From positions 640,001 to 704,000 of the forward strand of contig CAVOXA010000014.1 of assembly GCA_963700285.1 (NCBI GenBank): a stretch of DNA of 64,000 nt, in the 5' to 3' direction. Origin of the DNA: an uncultured Chloroflexia bacterium (lineage in GTDB: Bacteria > Chloroflexota > Anaerolineae > JAAYZQ01). The notes below the pieces were generated by a model. That model was given only the letters and a program-made list of their open reading frames with translations. It was not told the DNA's origin and ran no database searches. A program made the translations under genes and the position numbers. Below are positions 34,150 to 44,170 of the stretch, in pieces; positions within the stretch are counted from its first letter, which is position 1, and each line of letters starts with the position of its first letter.

Positions 34150-34530
34150 TCACCCAGCCGTCTCTTCCGCTGCGAGCTGACTCTCCTCGATGACCTGCGC
34201 CAGATCATCGCAATGGGCCGAGGTCAGCGGAATCGCGACCCGGTATGCAGCAGAGGCCAAGGCATGGGCCGTCACCGGGCCAGCTAGCAGCAGCAACGCA
34301 ATCAACACCAGGCCCTTGCCCAGCCCCAGTGGTGTCCAGGCCACCGCCCCTAGAAGAAGCAGGACCGTGCCAAAGATGCCGACCTTGCCTACTGCGTGCA
34401 GCCGCGTGTAGACGTCCGGCAGTCGCAGGTAGCCCAGGACACCCAGCATTGTGAATGCCGTGCCCGTGAGCACTGCCAGAATGGCCAAAGCCTGAAGTAC
34501 CGTCTCAATCACTTTCGCACCACTTTCCAT
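34150..34530 (-). CDS. mrpG: Mrp Na+/H+ antiporter subunit G
   Basis: RLPDVYTRLHA..PVTAHALA. Confidence 0.9.
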   Translation of the reverse strand: MESGAKVIETVLQALAILAVLTGTAFTMLGVLGYLRLPDVYTRLHAVGKVGIFGTVLLLLGAVAWTPLGLGKGLVLIALLLLAGPVTAHALASAAYRVAIPLTSAHCDDLAQVIEESQLAAEETAG

Positions 34531-34543
34531 CATAAACGGCGGC

Positions 34544-34819
34544 TCAGAACATCTGCTCGTCGGCCACATACTTGGCCAGGGCGATGATGCTGATGAAACC
34601 CAAGGCCGCCAGGCCCAGGGCCACGTCGATATAAATGCTGTCCCGCTCAATTAGGGCCAATAGCACCAGCACAGCTAGGGTCAAGGTTCCCAGCAGATCA
34701 GCGCCCATGATGCGGTCGATGATATTGTCCCCGCGCCACACCTTCCACAGGACCACAGCCAGCAGGCCGATGTGCACCAGCAAAGCCAGGTAGAGGGCAC
34801 CGATCAAGATTATACCCAT
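34544..34819 (-). CDS. mrpF: Mrp antiporter subunit F
   Basis: DRIMGAD, IDVALGLAALGF. Confidence 0.88.
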   Translation of the reverse strand: MGIILIGALYLALLVHIGLLAVVLWKVWRGDNIIDRIMGADLLGTLTLAVLVLLALIERDSIYIDVALGLAALGFISIIALAKYVADEQMF

Positions 34820-34836
34820 ACAAGCCTCCTAACCCG

Positions 34837-35313
34837 TCACGGAATCATCCGGCGCAGCAGCTCGCGGCGCAGCTCCTGGGCCTCCTGGACGTATTGGGCG
34901 GCACGCGTCGAATCCAAGGCGTGCGTGTACATGGTTCCATCTCTGCCGATCTCGATGACCATCTCGCCTGGCGCAAGGGTGATGGCGTGGGCGCTCAAGG
35001 CCGTGGCCAGTTCTGAATCACAATCCGAGGGGATAGCAATGATACCTGGCTTCACGGGTAGCGCGGGATCGAGCACCAGCCGGGCAACTACCAGTCCACT
35101 CTTGATCGCATCAGAGAATACGACAAACAGGTAGCGGCACAGAGCCGTAGCGGCTCCGGGTAGGCGCTGGACCTCAAAGCTGCCACGTGGAGGCCGTAGC
35201 AACAGCATCAGGCCCGCCGCAACCAGCAGACCCAGGACGACGTTGCCCATTTCCAGGTTCGCTGTGAGCGCCAGATACACCAGCCAGAGACCAATAACCA
35301 TCCAGATTGCCAT
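34837..35313 (-). CDS. mrpE: Mrp antiporter subunit E
   Basis: PGIIAIP, ITLAPG, THALD. Confidence 0.88.
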   Translation of the reverse strand: MAIWMVIGLWLVYLALTANLEMGNVVLGLLVAAGLMLLLRPPRGSFEVQRLPGAATALCRYLFVVFSDAIKSGLVVARLVLDPALPVKPGIIAIPSDCDSELATALSAHAITLAPGEMVIEIGRDGTMYTHALDSTRAAQYVQEAQELRRELLRRMIP

Positions 35314-35316
35314 TGT

Positions 35317-36804
35317 CTAGCCTCCCAAGACCGCCACGACATAGGCCCCCGGATCGCTGAGCCAGAAGGCTGTCGCCTCGGCCAGGCGGACCAGGGGCTC
35401 AGGCCACAGACCCAACAGGAGAACCGCCACGATGAGCAGCGCGGGAGCCAGCAGGCAGTCCCCTCTCGCTTTGGCCTTGACCCCCACGGCTTGCGCCTGC
35501 CACCAGATACGCTGAAAAGCACGCACGACATAGATTAGCGTCAAGATACTCACCAGGGCCACTGCCGCCAGCATGGCGAAATGGCCGGCTTCGACGCCGC
35601 TGCTGAAGAGCATCATCTTGCTGACAAAGCCATTGGTGGGTGGGATACCCATGAGGGCCAGCCCGCCTAGAAAGAACAGCACGCCGGCCAGGGGCATATA
35701 CCTGCCCAGGCCGGTGACCACATCGAAGTCTGCTGTTTTGACCGGCGCCCGGCTGGCTACCGCGCCAGCCAGCATCAACAGCGCAGCCTTGATCAGGCTG
35801 TGGTTGAAAGTAAAAACGAGGGCAGCAGCGAGCGCCTGATGGCTCCCCCAGCCAATGGCCACCAGGATGAACCCTACCTGGGCCAGGGTCGAATAGGCCA
35901 GCATGCGCTTGGCATTGTAGGTGCCGATGGCCCCCAGGCCACCGTAGGCGATCCCGATCAGGCCCAGCACGAGGAGCAGACCGCGCACAGGTGCGGATTG
36001 ACCCACAAAGAGCAGGGTTGTCATCCGCAGAAATCCGTAGACACCCAGCTTGACCACTACAGATGACAACATGGCGCTGACAGCCGTCGGCGAGGCGGTA
36101 TGGAAATCAGGCTGCCAGAAATGGAAAGGAGTCACCGCGCTCTTGATCATAAAGGTGGCAACCAACAGGGCGATGGCCAACGGCAGTAGCGGAGCACCAG
36201 GGTTTTCGACAACGCGCAGGGCCAGGCCAGCCATACTGAGCGTGCCATAGGAGACATAGAGACTGCCAATTGCCAGCAGCAGAAAAGCCGAGGCGAGCAG
36301 GCTCATGTAAAAGTACTTGAAGGCAGCCTCGGCGCCCAGCCGATCGTCCGAAGCGGCGGTCAAGATGGTGCCGGAAAAAACTAGCAGCTCGGCAAAGACA
36401 AAGAGGTTGAAGAGATCGCCAGCCAGCATGGCTCCAGTCAAACCAACAGCCAACGTTAGAAAAGCGGTGTAGAAGGCAGGGTACTGTACCACCTTGTCGC
36501 GGCTACCCAGGGCATAGACGATACCCAGGCTGAGCACGACCTGGCTCATCACGGCCATCATGGCCGAGAGCAGGTCACCTACCAGCGTGATGCCAAATGG
36601 CGCCAGCCAGCCTCCCGACTGGAAGACCAGCGGCTGGCCACTGGACCAGACGCGGGCCAGCAACCAGGCGCTGGCAGCCAAGCCGCCCAGCATTGCCGCC
36701 AGAGACCAGGCAGCCTGAAGCCGCCGTCGCTTGCGCAGCAATAGGGCGACCGCCGAGCCAGTCAGAGGCAGGATGATGGGCAACAGTACCAGATAATGGT
36801 TCAT
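35317..36804 (-). CDS. mrpD: Mrp antiporter subunit D
   Basis: GGWLAPFGI, GDLFNLFVFAE, KSAVTPFHFWQPD, GIPPTNGF. Confidence 0.92.
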   Translation of the reverse strand: MNHYLVLLPIILPLTGSAVALLLRKRRRLQAAWSLAAMLGGLAASAWLLARVWSSGQPLVFQSGGWLAPFGITLVGDLLSAMMAVMSQVVLSLGIVYALGSRDKVVQYPAFYTAFLTLAVGLTGAMLAGDLFNLFVFAELLVFSGTILTAASDDRLGAEAAFKYFYMSLLASAFLLLAIGSLYVSYGTLSMAGLALRVVENPGAPLLPLAIALLVATFMIKSAVTPFHFWQPDFHTASPTAVSAMLSSVVVKLGVYGFLRMTTLLFVGQSAPVRGLLLVLGLIGIAYGGLGAIGTYNAKRMLAYSTLAQVGFILVAIGWGSHQALAAALVFTFNHSLIKAALLMLAGAVASRAPVKTADFDVVTGLGRYMPLAGVLFFLGGLALMGIPPTNGFVSKMMLFSSGVEAGHFAMLAAVALVSILTLIYVVRAFQRIWWQAQAVGVKAKARGDCLLAPALLIVAVLLLGLWPEPLVRLAEATAFWLSDPGAYVVAVLGG

Positions 36805-36812
36805 CTCTTCTC

Positions 36813-37145
36813 TCAGCCCCGCAGCTTGTTGACCTCGTCCAGATCGCTACTCCGGTAGCGGGCTGACAGCAGAAAAAGCATTGACAGCACCAGACTGAGG
36901 CCGCCCATGCTGATGACGATGGCGGTCAGGATCAGTGCCTGGGGCAGGGAGTCGCTGCGCTGTCCAAGGGCGCCGTCATAGGCGGCCTCCGTCCCTTGAT
37001 AGGCACCAGTGCTGAGGAGGAAAAGATTAATGGCAGCACCCAATAGGATCAGACCGATCACCGACCGGATCATGTTGCGCCGCAGCAGTTGAAAGATGGC
37101 GATCCCAAAGAGGGCGCCAACGGCCAATGCAGTTAACAGTTCCAT
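36813..37145 (-). CDS. mrpC: Mrp antiporter subunit C
   Basis: DSLPQALILTAIVI. Confidence 0.92.
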   Translation of the reverse strand: MELLTALAVGALFGIAIFQLLRRNMIRSVIGLILLGAAINLFLLSTGAYQGTEAAYDGALGQRSDSLPQALILTAIVISMGGLSLVLSMLFLLSARYRSSDLDEVNKLRG

Positions 37146-40051
37146 TACCTGACCTCCTCACCCGGGTGGCCGAGCGCATCGAGCATGTAAGAGGCGCTGC
37201 CTAGCACTGCCAGACAGATGGAAAACTCGAATAGTAGCGAGGTGCTAAGATTGACGCCCCGAGGCAGGGTAAGGTTCAACTCTTGGCCGAAATCGACGTG
37301 GCCCAAAAAGGAACCCGTGATTGCGGCCGCGGTGGTGGCCGACATGATGGCCAGCAGCAGTCCACCACCGATGAGGGAGGCCGGCCGCAGCCACGTCAAG
37401 CGCTGGCGGACCTGCTCGTAGCCAAAGACCACATACCAGAAACCCAACGCCAGGCTGACGATCACGCCAGCGGTAAAGCCATCACCCGGCTGGTCATGGC
37501 CGTAGAGGATATGCACGACAGCAATGACCATCGATAGCGGCAGGGAGACATAGGCCAGCGAGTGGACAAAGGGCGAAGTCTCGCGCCCGCCGATGCCCAG
37601 GGTCGGGAGCTGTGTCGCGGAGCTGGATGATGTCGCCACCTGGTCGCCTGCGCTTCGGGAAGCGTGGCGCAGTAGGGTATAAACACCCAAGCCGGCCAGG
37701 CTAAAGACGACGATCTCGATCAGCGTGTCCAGCGCCCGGAAATCAACAATGATGGCCCCGACGATGTCCTTGGCCCCGGTCAAGGCTTTGGCCGCTTCCT
37801 CGTAGAAAGGTGTCACGACGCTTGTACGAGGGCGAGAGGAAAGAGCCGCCAGGGTCAATAGCGCAACCACAATGCCACTGGCAATGGCGATTAGGGCGTC
37901 GCGCACTAGGCCAGTCCGGTCCATCAAGGACAGGTCCCGCTGGGCAGAAAGCCTGTCGGCCTGCTGGCGCTGTTCGCGGGGTAGACGAGTCAAGGCCAGT
38001 ACCAGAACAACTACAGTCAGAATGTCGACCACCACCTGCACCAGAGCCACATCGGGTGCCGGCTCAAGAACCAACAGCACAGCCACAGCCAGGCCCGAAG
38101 CGCCCAGTGCGACGATTGCTGAGATGTCGCGACGTAGGATGACGGTGGCAGCGGCGGCAGCGACGATCACCAGCAAGGCAAAGATGCGCAGCACGGCCAC
38201 CTCACCCTGGAAATCGAGGCTGGGCAGCGAAAAGTGGGCCAGTGACTGCCAGCTGGATAGCCCGCCGAAGCCAGCCACGAGCACCACCATGCCCAGCAGG
38301 ATCACGACCAGATAGTTGCGCAGACCGCCGCTTTGCAGGCGGGTCGCCAGCCCGGCAGCACGATCGATCAGATCCAGAAGCCAGGTGTAGAGCGTATTCG
38401 CGCTCCATTGTTCGCCGATGCGCGTCTGGAGGGTGAGGATCCGGTGACGGGCAAGGAATAGCCCTGTACCCAGGCTCACGGCCACAACGGACAGGAGCAA
38501 CGGCACGGTTATCCCCGTCCAGATGGCCAGAGAGACCTTGACCTTGGCGCCATAGACCTCAGCGGCGGCATCAGCCAAGAAGCGAGCCAGGAATATCGGC
38601 TCGGGCAACAGGCCGACAGCCAAGGAGAGGAGCGCTGGCAGTGCCGGCGCCAGTACCATTGGCCATGGCGCTTCGTGGGCGTGAATCGTGGGGTCGCGCG
38701 GCCTACCCAGGAATGTGTCCCAAACCAACATGCCTGCCTGAGCCAGCAGAAATGCGCCAGCGACGACCGTTGCCGCGGGAAAGATCAGATTCACTGAGGC
38801 CGGAACATCGGGATGCGTGGCCGTCGCCAACAGCGTCTCTTTGGCCAGGAAGCCGAACAAGGGGTGGCAGTCCCGCCATCGACAGGGCAGCCACCAGGCC
38901 GACACCGAACGTAAAGGGCATGAACCGGGCTAGCGCCGCCCAGGCGGCGCAGGTCACGGCTGCCGGCCTCGTGATCCACGCTGCCCACAACCAGGAATAG
39001 GGCGCTCTTGTAAAGGGCGTGTGCCAACACACCGATGACCAGCGCCTTGAAGGCGATCTCGGTATCCTGGCCGATGAGCACCACCAACACGCCTAGCTGG
39101 CTGATGGTCGAGTAGGCCAGGAGCGCCTTCAGGTCCCGCTGCTTCAGGCCCAGGTACGCGCCGGTCAGCATGGTGGCCAAGCCAAAGAGACTCAATAGCC
39201 AGAACCACAGGTCGGTGAAGCCCGAGCGCCGGATTGAGCCGGGCCAGGAGGTAGATGCCCGCTTTGACCATCGTCGCCGAGTGAAGGTAGGCGCTGGCTG
39301 GCGTGGGCGCGCTCATGGCATCGGGCAGCCAGATGTGAAACGGGGTCTGGGCGCTCTTGGTGAAGGCACCGAGGGCGATCAGGCCCAGCAGCGCCGGATA
39401 CAGGGCGCTTTGCCGCAGCAAGTCGCCGCTGGACAGAATGGTGGCCCAGTCACTACCACCAGCAACGTAGCTCAGGAGAAGCAGCCCAACAAGTAGGGCG
39501 ATTCCGCCACCGCCCGTGATAAAGAGCGACTTGAAAGCTCCCCGCCGCGCGGCCTCGTCCTGGGTCTTGTAAGCGATAAGCAGGAAGGAGGTGATGCTGG
39601 TGCCCTCCCAGAAGACAAAGAGTGTGATGACGTCGCCGGCAAGCACCAGGCCCAGCATGGCGGTCATGAAAAGCAGCAAGTAGGTCAGGAACCGCCACTC
39701 ACCCCATGGCCGCTCGTCACTCTTGAAGTAGTACCCGGCATAGACCACCACCAGCGTGCCGATTCCGGTGATGAGCAGGGCAAAGAGAGCGCTGAGATGG
39801 TCAAAGTAGAGGCCCAGACTCAGGCCCAGGCTTGGGATCCAGTCAAATCGCCAGACCAAAGCCGCGCCGCTTCCCAACACCACTGTCTGCCACAGGATCA
39901 GCCCAAACGCGGCCATAGGGGCTGGGGCCAGCATCCAGGCCAGCCGGGTCACAGTCAGACGCCGGTTAAGGGCCGTCAGCCCAGCCAAACAGGCCCCTAT
40001 AGGTCCAGCCATGGAGACAAGCAATGGGAATAAGAGATTTGAATCGTTCAT
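37145..40051 (-). CDS. mrpA: Mrp antiporter subunit A/B fusion (frameshifts near 39215, 38940 and 38870)
   Basis: KSAQTPFHIWLPDAMSAPTPASAYLHSATMVKAG, APDVALVQ, DFRALDTLIE, HDQPGDGF. Confidence 0.9.
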
Positions 40052-40093
40052 TCCAGCATTGCATCCATTCTACCGGGACAAGGCCGAAGCCGC

Positions 40094-41950
40094 CTACTCG
40101 GCCAATACCGACACACCTTCTTGCTTGGGACTGGTCACGATGATGAGAACGAAGCCAATCGCGGCTGCCAGGACAGAAGCAACCAGAATGTCCAGTTTGG
40201 CCAGATCAAGGAGGTCCGGTTGCTGAAAAGCTGATCCGGCAATGAACAGTGACATGGTGAAGCCGATGCCTCCCAGCCAACTTGCGGCGAACAGTTGTCG
40301 CCAACTCACACCATACGGTAGGTCGGCAATGCCGCCCTTGACCGCCAGCCACGAGAAGAGGGTGATGCCCAGCGATTTGCCCAGCAGTAGGCCCAATAGG
40401 ATGCCCAGCGATACCGGTAGTGTGAGGGCTTGGAGAAGGTTGCCTCCCAGGTCAATGCCTGCGTTGGCTAGGGCAAACACCGGGACGATGAGGTAAGCTA
40501 CCCAGGGGTTGAGGCTGCGCTCCAATCGCTGTAGAGGAGATTGGATTCGTTCAGCAATCACCTCAAGTGTCTGGGCGGCAGCCTGTTGTCGACGGCCTGC
40601 ATCGCCCTCAGCGTGAGCACCATTTTCAGTACCCAAACCTCCAAGTGCGGCGGTACACTGGGCCAGGTAGGCAGAGGCACGTACATGGGTCCGCGCTGGT
40701 ATCGTCATGGCCAGGAGAACGCCCGCGATGGTCGGATGAAGTCCAGACTGCAGGAAAGCCAGCCACAGGCCAATCCCCATCAGAGCGTATGGCAGCGGCT
40801 GGCGAACTCCCATCCTGTTGAGTACAATCAAGGCCAGCAGAAACAGGGCAGCGGCAGCCAGGGCTAGCCAGGCAATGTCTTGACTGTAAAACAGGGCCAG
40901 GACGAGCACCGCACCCACGTCGTCGGCGATAGCAAGCGCAGTGAAGAACACCTTGAGGGAAACCGGCACCCGGCTACGCAAGATTGTCAGTATGCCGAGC
41001 ACAAAGGCAATGTCCGTGGCCATAGGGATTCCCCAACCACCCTGGCCCGGACCACCAAGATTGAAGGCAATGTAGATAAGCGCCGGGAGCAACATGCCTC
41101 CGGCTGCTGCGACTAGAGGAAGGGCTGCCCGGCGTGCTGTGGCCAACTCGCCGACCAGGATCTCGCGCTTGATCTCTAGACCCACAACAAAGAAAAAGAT
41201 GACCATCAAGCCGTCGTTCACCCAATGGAGAAGTGATTCATCAAGCACAAGGCTGCCCATAGATATGGACAGGTGGGTTTCCCAGAGACGAAAGTAGCTC
41301 TCGCTCCAGAGCGAATTGGCCCAGACCAAAGCCAGTACTGTAGCCAGTAGGAGTAGGATGCCACTGGCAGCCTGCAGCCTGGTGAACTGCTGGAAGGCCA
41401 ATCTGACCTGAACGCCCAGGGGCTTTTCGATCTCGGCGATCAGCGAATCGAGGTCCCAGGCGCCATCGTAGCGCACCTCGTTGAGAAAGAAAGTCGGTGT
41501 TCCATTTGCACCGCTGCGCACGCCACTAACGAAATCTTGCCGGACCCGATCGGCGTAGACATGCTCATCCAGTTCGCGTCGAAAGCGATCCACATCTAGG
41601 CCAAGATCGGACGCGTACTGGACGAGATGCTCTTTGGCGAACGCTCCCTGATGCTTGAAGAGCAGATCGTGCATCTGCCAGAATCTGTCCTGGGCAGCAG
41701 CCGCTTCGGCCGCCTCGGCCGCCATCTGTGCGCTTGGATGCATCGTCGTGATTGGAAAGTGCCGGAACACATAGCGCAAACGGTCGCCAAAACGCGACCG
41801 CAACTGGGCCACAATGGGCTGCACGTCATGGCAATAGGGGCACTCAAAGTCTCCATATTCGACCAGGGTGACACGGGCGTCATCTGGTCCCCTCATATGG
41901 TCCCGGTCCGATACCGGTCGGGTCAGTTTTGGAACGTCACCACCTGCCAT
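40094..41950 (-). CDS. nhaA: Na+/H+ antiporter NhaA with an N-terminal DsbA/thioredoxin domain
   Basis: N-terminal YGDFECPYC..GTPTFF; then WVNDGLM, GLEIKRE, ATDIAF, AIADD, GIGFTMS. Confidence 0.92.
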   Translation of the reverse strand: MAGGDVPKLTRPVSDRDHMRGPDDARVTLVEYGDFECPYCHDVQPIVAQLRSRFGDRLRYVFRHFPITTMHPSAQMAAEAAEAAAAQDRFWQMHDLLFKHQGAFAKEHLVQYASDLGLDVDRFRRELDEHVYADRVRQDFVSGVRSGANGTPTFFLNEVRYDGAWDLDSLIAEIEKPLGVQVRLAFQQFTRLQAASGILLLLATVLALVWANSLWSESYFRLWETHLSISMGSLVLDESLLHWVNDGLMVIFFFVVGLEIKREILVGELATARRAALPLVAAAGGMLLPALIYIAFNLGGPGQGGWGIPMATDIAFVLGILTILRSRVPVSLKVFFTALAIADDVGAVLVLALFYSQDIAWLALAAAALFLLALIVLNRMGVRQPLPYALMGIGLWLAFLQSGLHPTIAGVLLAMTIPARTHVRASAYLAQCTAALGGLGTENGAHAEGDAGRRQQAAAQTLEVIAERIQSPLQRLERSLNPWVAYLIVPVFALANAGIDLGGNLLQALTLPVSLGILLGLLLGKSLGITLFSWLAVKGGIADLPYGVSWRQLFAASWLGGIGFTMSLFIAGSAFQQPDLLDLAKLDILVASVLAAAIGFVLIIVTSPKQEGVSVLAE

Positions 41951-41963
41951 CGGCTGCCTCCTT

Positions 41964-42476
41964 TCAAGCGCTCAGGGATTCGAGCGCCCCGAGGATGCCC
42001 TCCGCGCCTGGATTTACACCCGAGGGAGAGACATAGCTCCAGCGGACAATGCCCTGCGCATCGATCACGAACAAGGCCCTTTGATTCACTCCATTTTCGG
42101 CGTCGTAGACTCCGTAGGACCGGGCAACGGCCCCCTTGGGCTCAAAGTCTGAAAGCAGCGGAAACTGGAGGTTGAGGTTCTCGGCGAAGGCCTGATGGCA
42201 CCATACCCCATCCACAGAGATGGCGATGGGCTGAGCGCCATACTCCTTAAACAGAGGCAGCACCTCGTTATAGAGGGACAGTTGGTCACCACAGACCGAA
42301 CTCCAGTCGGCAGGGTAGAACACCAGAATGACAGGTTGGCCCCGGAAATCGCGCAGCGAGAGCCGCTCGCCTGCGATCGCGGGCAGCACAAAGTCTGGCG
42401 CTGGGGTGCCCGGTGTCAATATGGATGACGGATTGGCCGGTTTTCCCTGAGCCGGCTTTTTGGTTTTCCTGAACAT
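41964..42476 (-). CDS. Peroxiredoxin/redoxin (AhpC/TSA, AhpE-like)
   Basis: APDF, FYPADWSSVC, LLSDFEPKG, RALFVID. Confidence 0.9.
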   Translation of the reverse strand: MFRKTKKPAQGKPANPSSILTPGTPAPDFVLPAIAGERLSLRDFRGQPVILVFYPADWSSVCGDQLSLYNEVLPLFKEYGAQPIAISVDGVWCHQAFAENLNLQFPLLSDFEPKGAVARSYGVYDAENGVNQRALFVIDAQGIVRWSYVSPSGVNPGAEGILGALESLSA

Positions 42477-42572
42477 CTCTTTCTCCTTGCTGATCAGATC
42501 CTGTTCTTGTTGGCCTTGAAGATAGTACTTTTTCAGAATACAGGCCGTAATCGACGCCACGCTGGGCGGGCG

Positions 42573-43589
42573 CTAGGCGCCACCCACCTCCGAAGCCCAC
42601 AGCGCTTCTAGTTGCACCAGGTCGCCCGCTACCTCAAGGCCCGCATAGCGGCCTTGGCCCCTGAACAGAAGGCGTGCATCGCCGGCTTTGAGTGCATAGA
42701 GCGCCACAGAAACCTCTGCGCCCAGGGTCTCTGTAATGCGCCGGCCCATATCCACGGTCGTGGGCGCCTGCAAAAGACCACCCTCCGATCGGGCTGCCTC
42801 TATCTCCAGGCGATTTTGCTTGTCACGAACGATCCAGCGAACTGATTCATCCGATATGTCTAGCTTCTCAATCCGGGCCCCAGTATAGGTAGCGAATCGA
42901 TAGAGCACCCCGTCGTGCCAGAGTCCCAGGATGAAACCAGGGAAGGACCGCCGGTGCCAAGGGATGATGGCCACTGAAGCGGTCAAGCTAGTGCCTGGCG
43001 CCTCAAAATGGTTCGTTTGAAGCCACACCCAGGCAGCAGGGAAGGATTTTCCCCAGTCTTTCTCAGTATACCCGCGTCCCCCGGAAAAGCCAACTGGCTG
43101 TCCATTGATAGTCAAATCTCCTTCGATCTCGTGGTCCAGGCTCACTACGCCGTGGTAGCATTCCATGCCAGGGACCCAGGCATACCAACCCATGATCCCG
43201 GGCGAGACCAGATTGACTGGCCATGGGGCCAGGCTATGGAAGCGCACTGCTCCTCGCAGGGTCAGCTCGGGTGCCTCGATGTCCAAAGAAAGCGAGTCCG
43301 CTCGGAACCGGTTGGGCCCAATGCGCAGATCTAGCGCACCCTCGGCGGCCCAGAACTCCTCCGGGGGGTAGCGGTGATAGGTCACCTGGCCGGTCCGGCC
43401 ATCCAGAACCTGAACAAAAGCGTGGTGCTTGTCCGGCTCGTTGCTCACAAAGATGCCGGGGATCACGGCATACCGGTGCTTTTCGCTGGCGTCAACCAGT
43501 TTATAGTACCAGCCCTCGAAGAAAGGTGGTCGTTTGTTGTGACCATGGTAGCAATCTGGGTTGAGGGTCGTGCGCAGAAAACGGATCAT
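42573..43589 (-). CDS. Tocopherol cyclase family protein
   Basis: FFEGWYYK, GIMGWY..MECYHG, GYTEKDWGKSFP. Confidence 0.88.
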   Translation of the reverse strand: MIRFLRTTLNPDCYHGHNKRPPFFEGWYYKLVDASEKHRYAVIPGIFVSNEPDKHHAFVQVLDGRTGQVTYHRYPPEEFWAAEGALDLRIGPNRFRADSLSLDIEAPELTLRGAVRFHSLAPWPVNLVSPGIMGWYAWVPGMECYHGVVSLDHEIEGDLTINGQPVGFSGGRGYTEKDWGKSFPAAWVWLQTNHFEAPGTSLTASVAIIPWHRRSFPGFILGLWHDGVLYRFATYTGARIEKLDISDESVRWIVRDKQNRLEIEAARSEGGLLQAPTTVDMGRRITETLGAEVSVALYALKAGDARLLFRGQGRYAGLEVAGDLVQLEALWASEVGGA

Positions 43590-44170
43590 ACCGTCCTCAA
43601 GGCACCGGAGTGTCTTTCCGAAGCCATGGCTTCCCATTCATGACGCAGCAGGCCATAGAGGAGCATGTCATGACGCTTACCATCCCGTTGCAGGCGTTCG
43701 CGGAATACCCCCTCCCGCCGAAAGCCTACCCTGTCGACCAGGGCCAGGGAGCGCTGGTTGTAGCTGAATACCGTGACCTGGACCCGGTGCAGGTTCAACT
43801 CGTCAAAGGCATAGCGCAGGGCGAGCTGCGTGGCTTCGTAGCCATATCCCTTACCCCGGTTGGCCCGCTCGCCAAAACCCAGGCCCATGCCACAGACGCC
43901 GTGCTGCCAGTCGACGCCATCCAACTCCAGATAGCCCAACAGAGCATCGCCTTCCAGGGAACGCACCGCAAAAAGAAACGTGCTCTTGTCCTCCGCGGCC
44001 GCGGCCAGCCACTTGCCGAGTTCGGCCTCGGTCATGGGGTAGGCTGGCCGTGAATCGTAGAGCCGCAAAAAGCCAGCATCCTCATACCAGCCGGCAAGAG
44101 CCGGCAGGTCATCCTCTGTCAAGGACGTCAGCCGGGTATTCCTACCGCGGAACAGGTTCATGGATATCAC
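43586..44170 (-). CDS. GNAT (RimJ/RimL) acetyltransferase
   Basis: RGKGYG, AFDELNLHRV, GFRREG. Confidence 0.9.
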   Translation of the reverse strand: MISMNLFRGRNTRLTSLTEDDLPALAGWYEDAGFLRLYDSRPAYPMTEAELGKWLAAAAEDKSTFLFAVRSLEGDALLGYLELDGVDWQHGVCGMGLGFGERANRGKGYGYEATQLALRYAFDELNLHRVQVTVFSYNQRSLALVDRVGFRREGVFRERLQRDGKRHDMLLYGLLRHEWEAMASERHSGALRTV

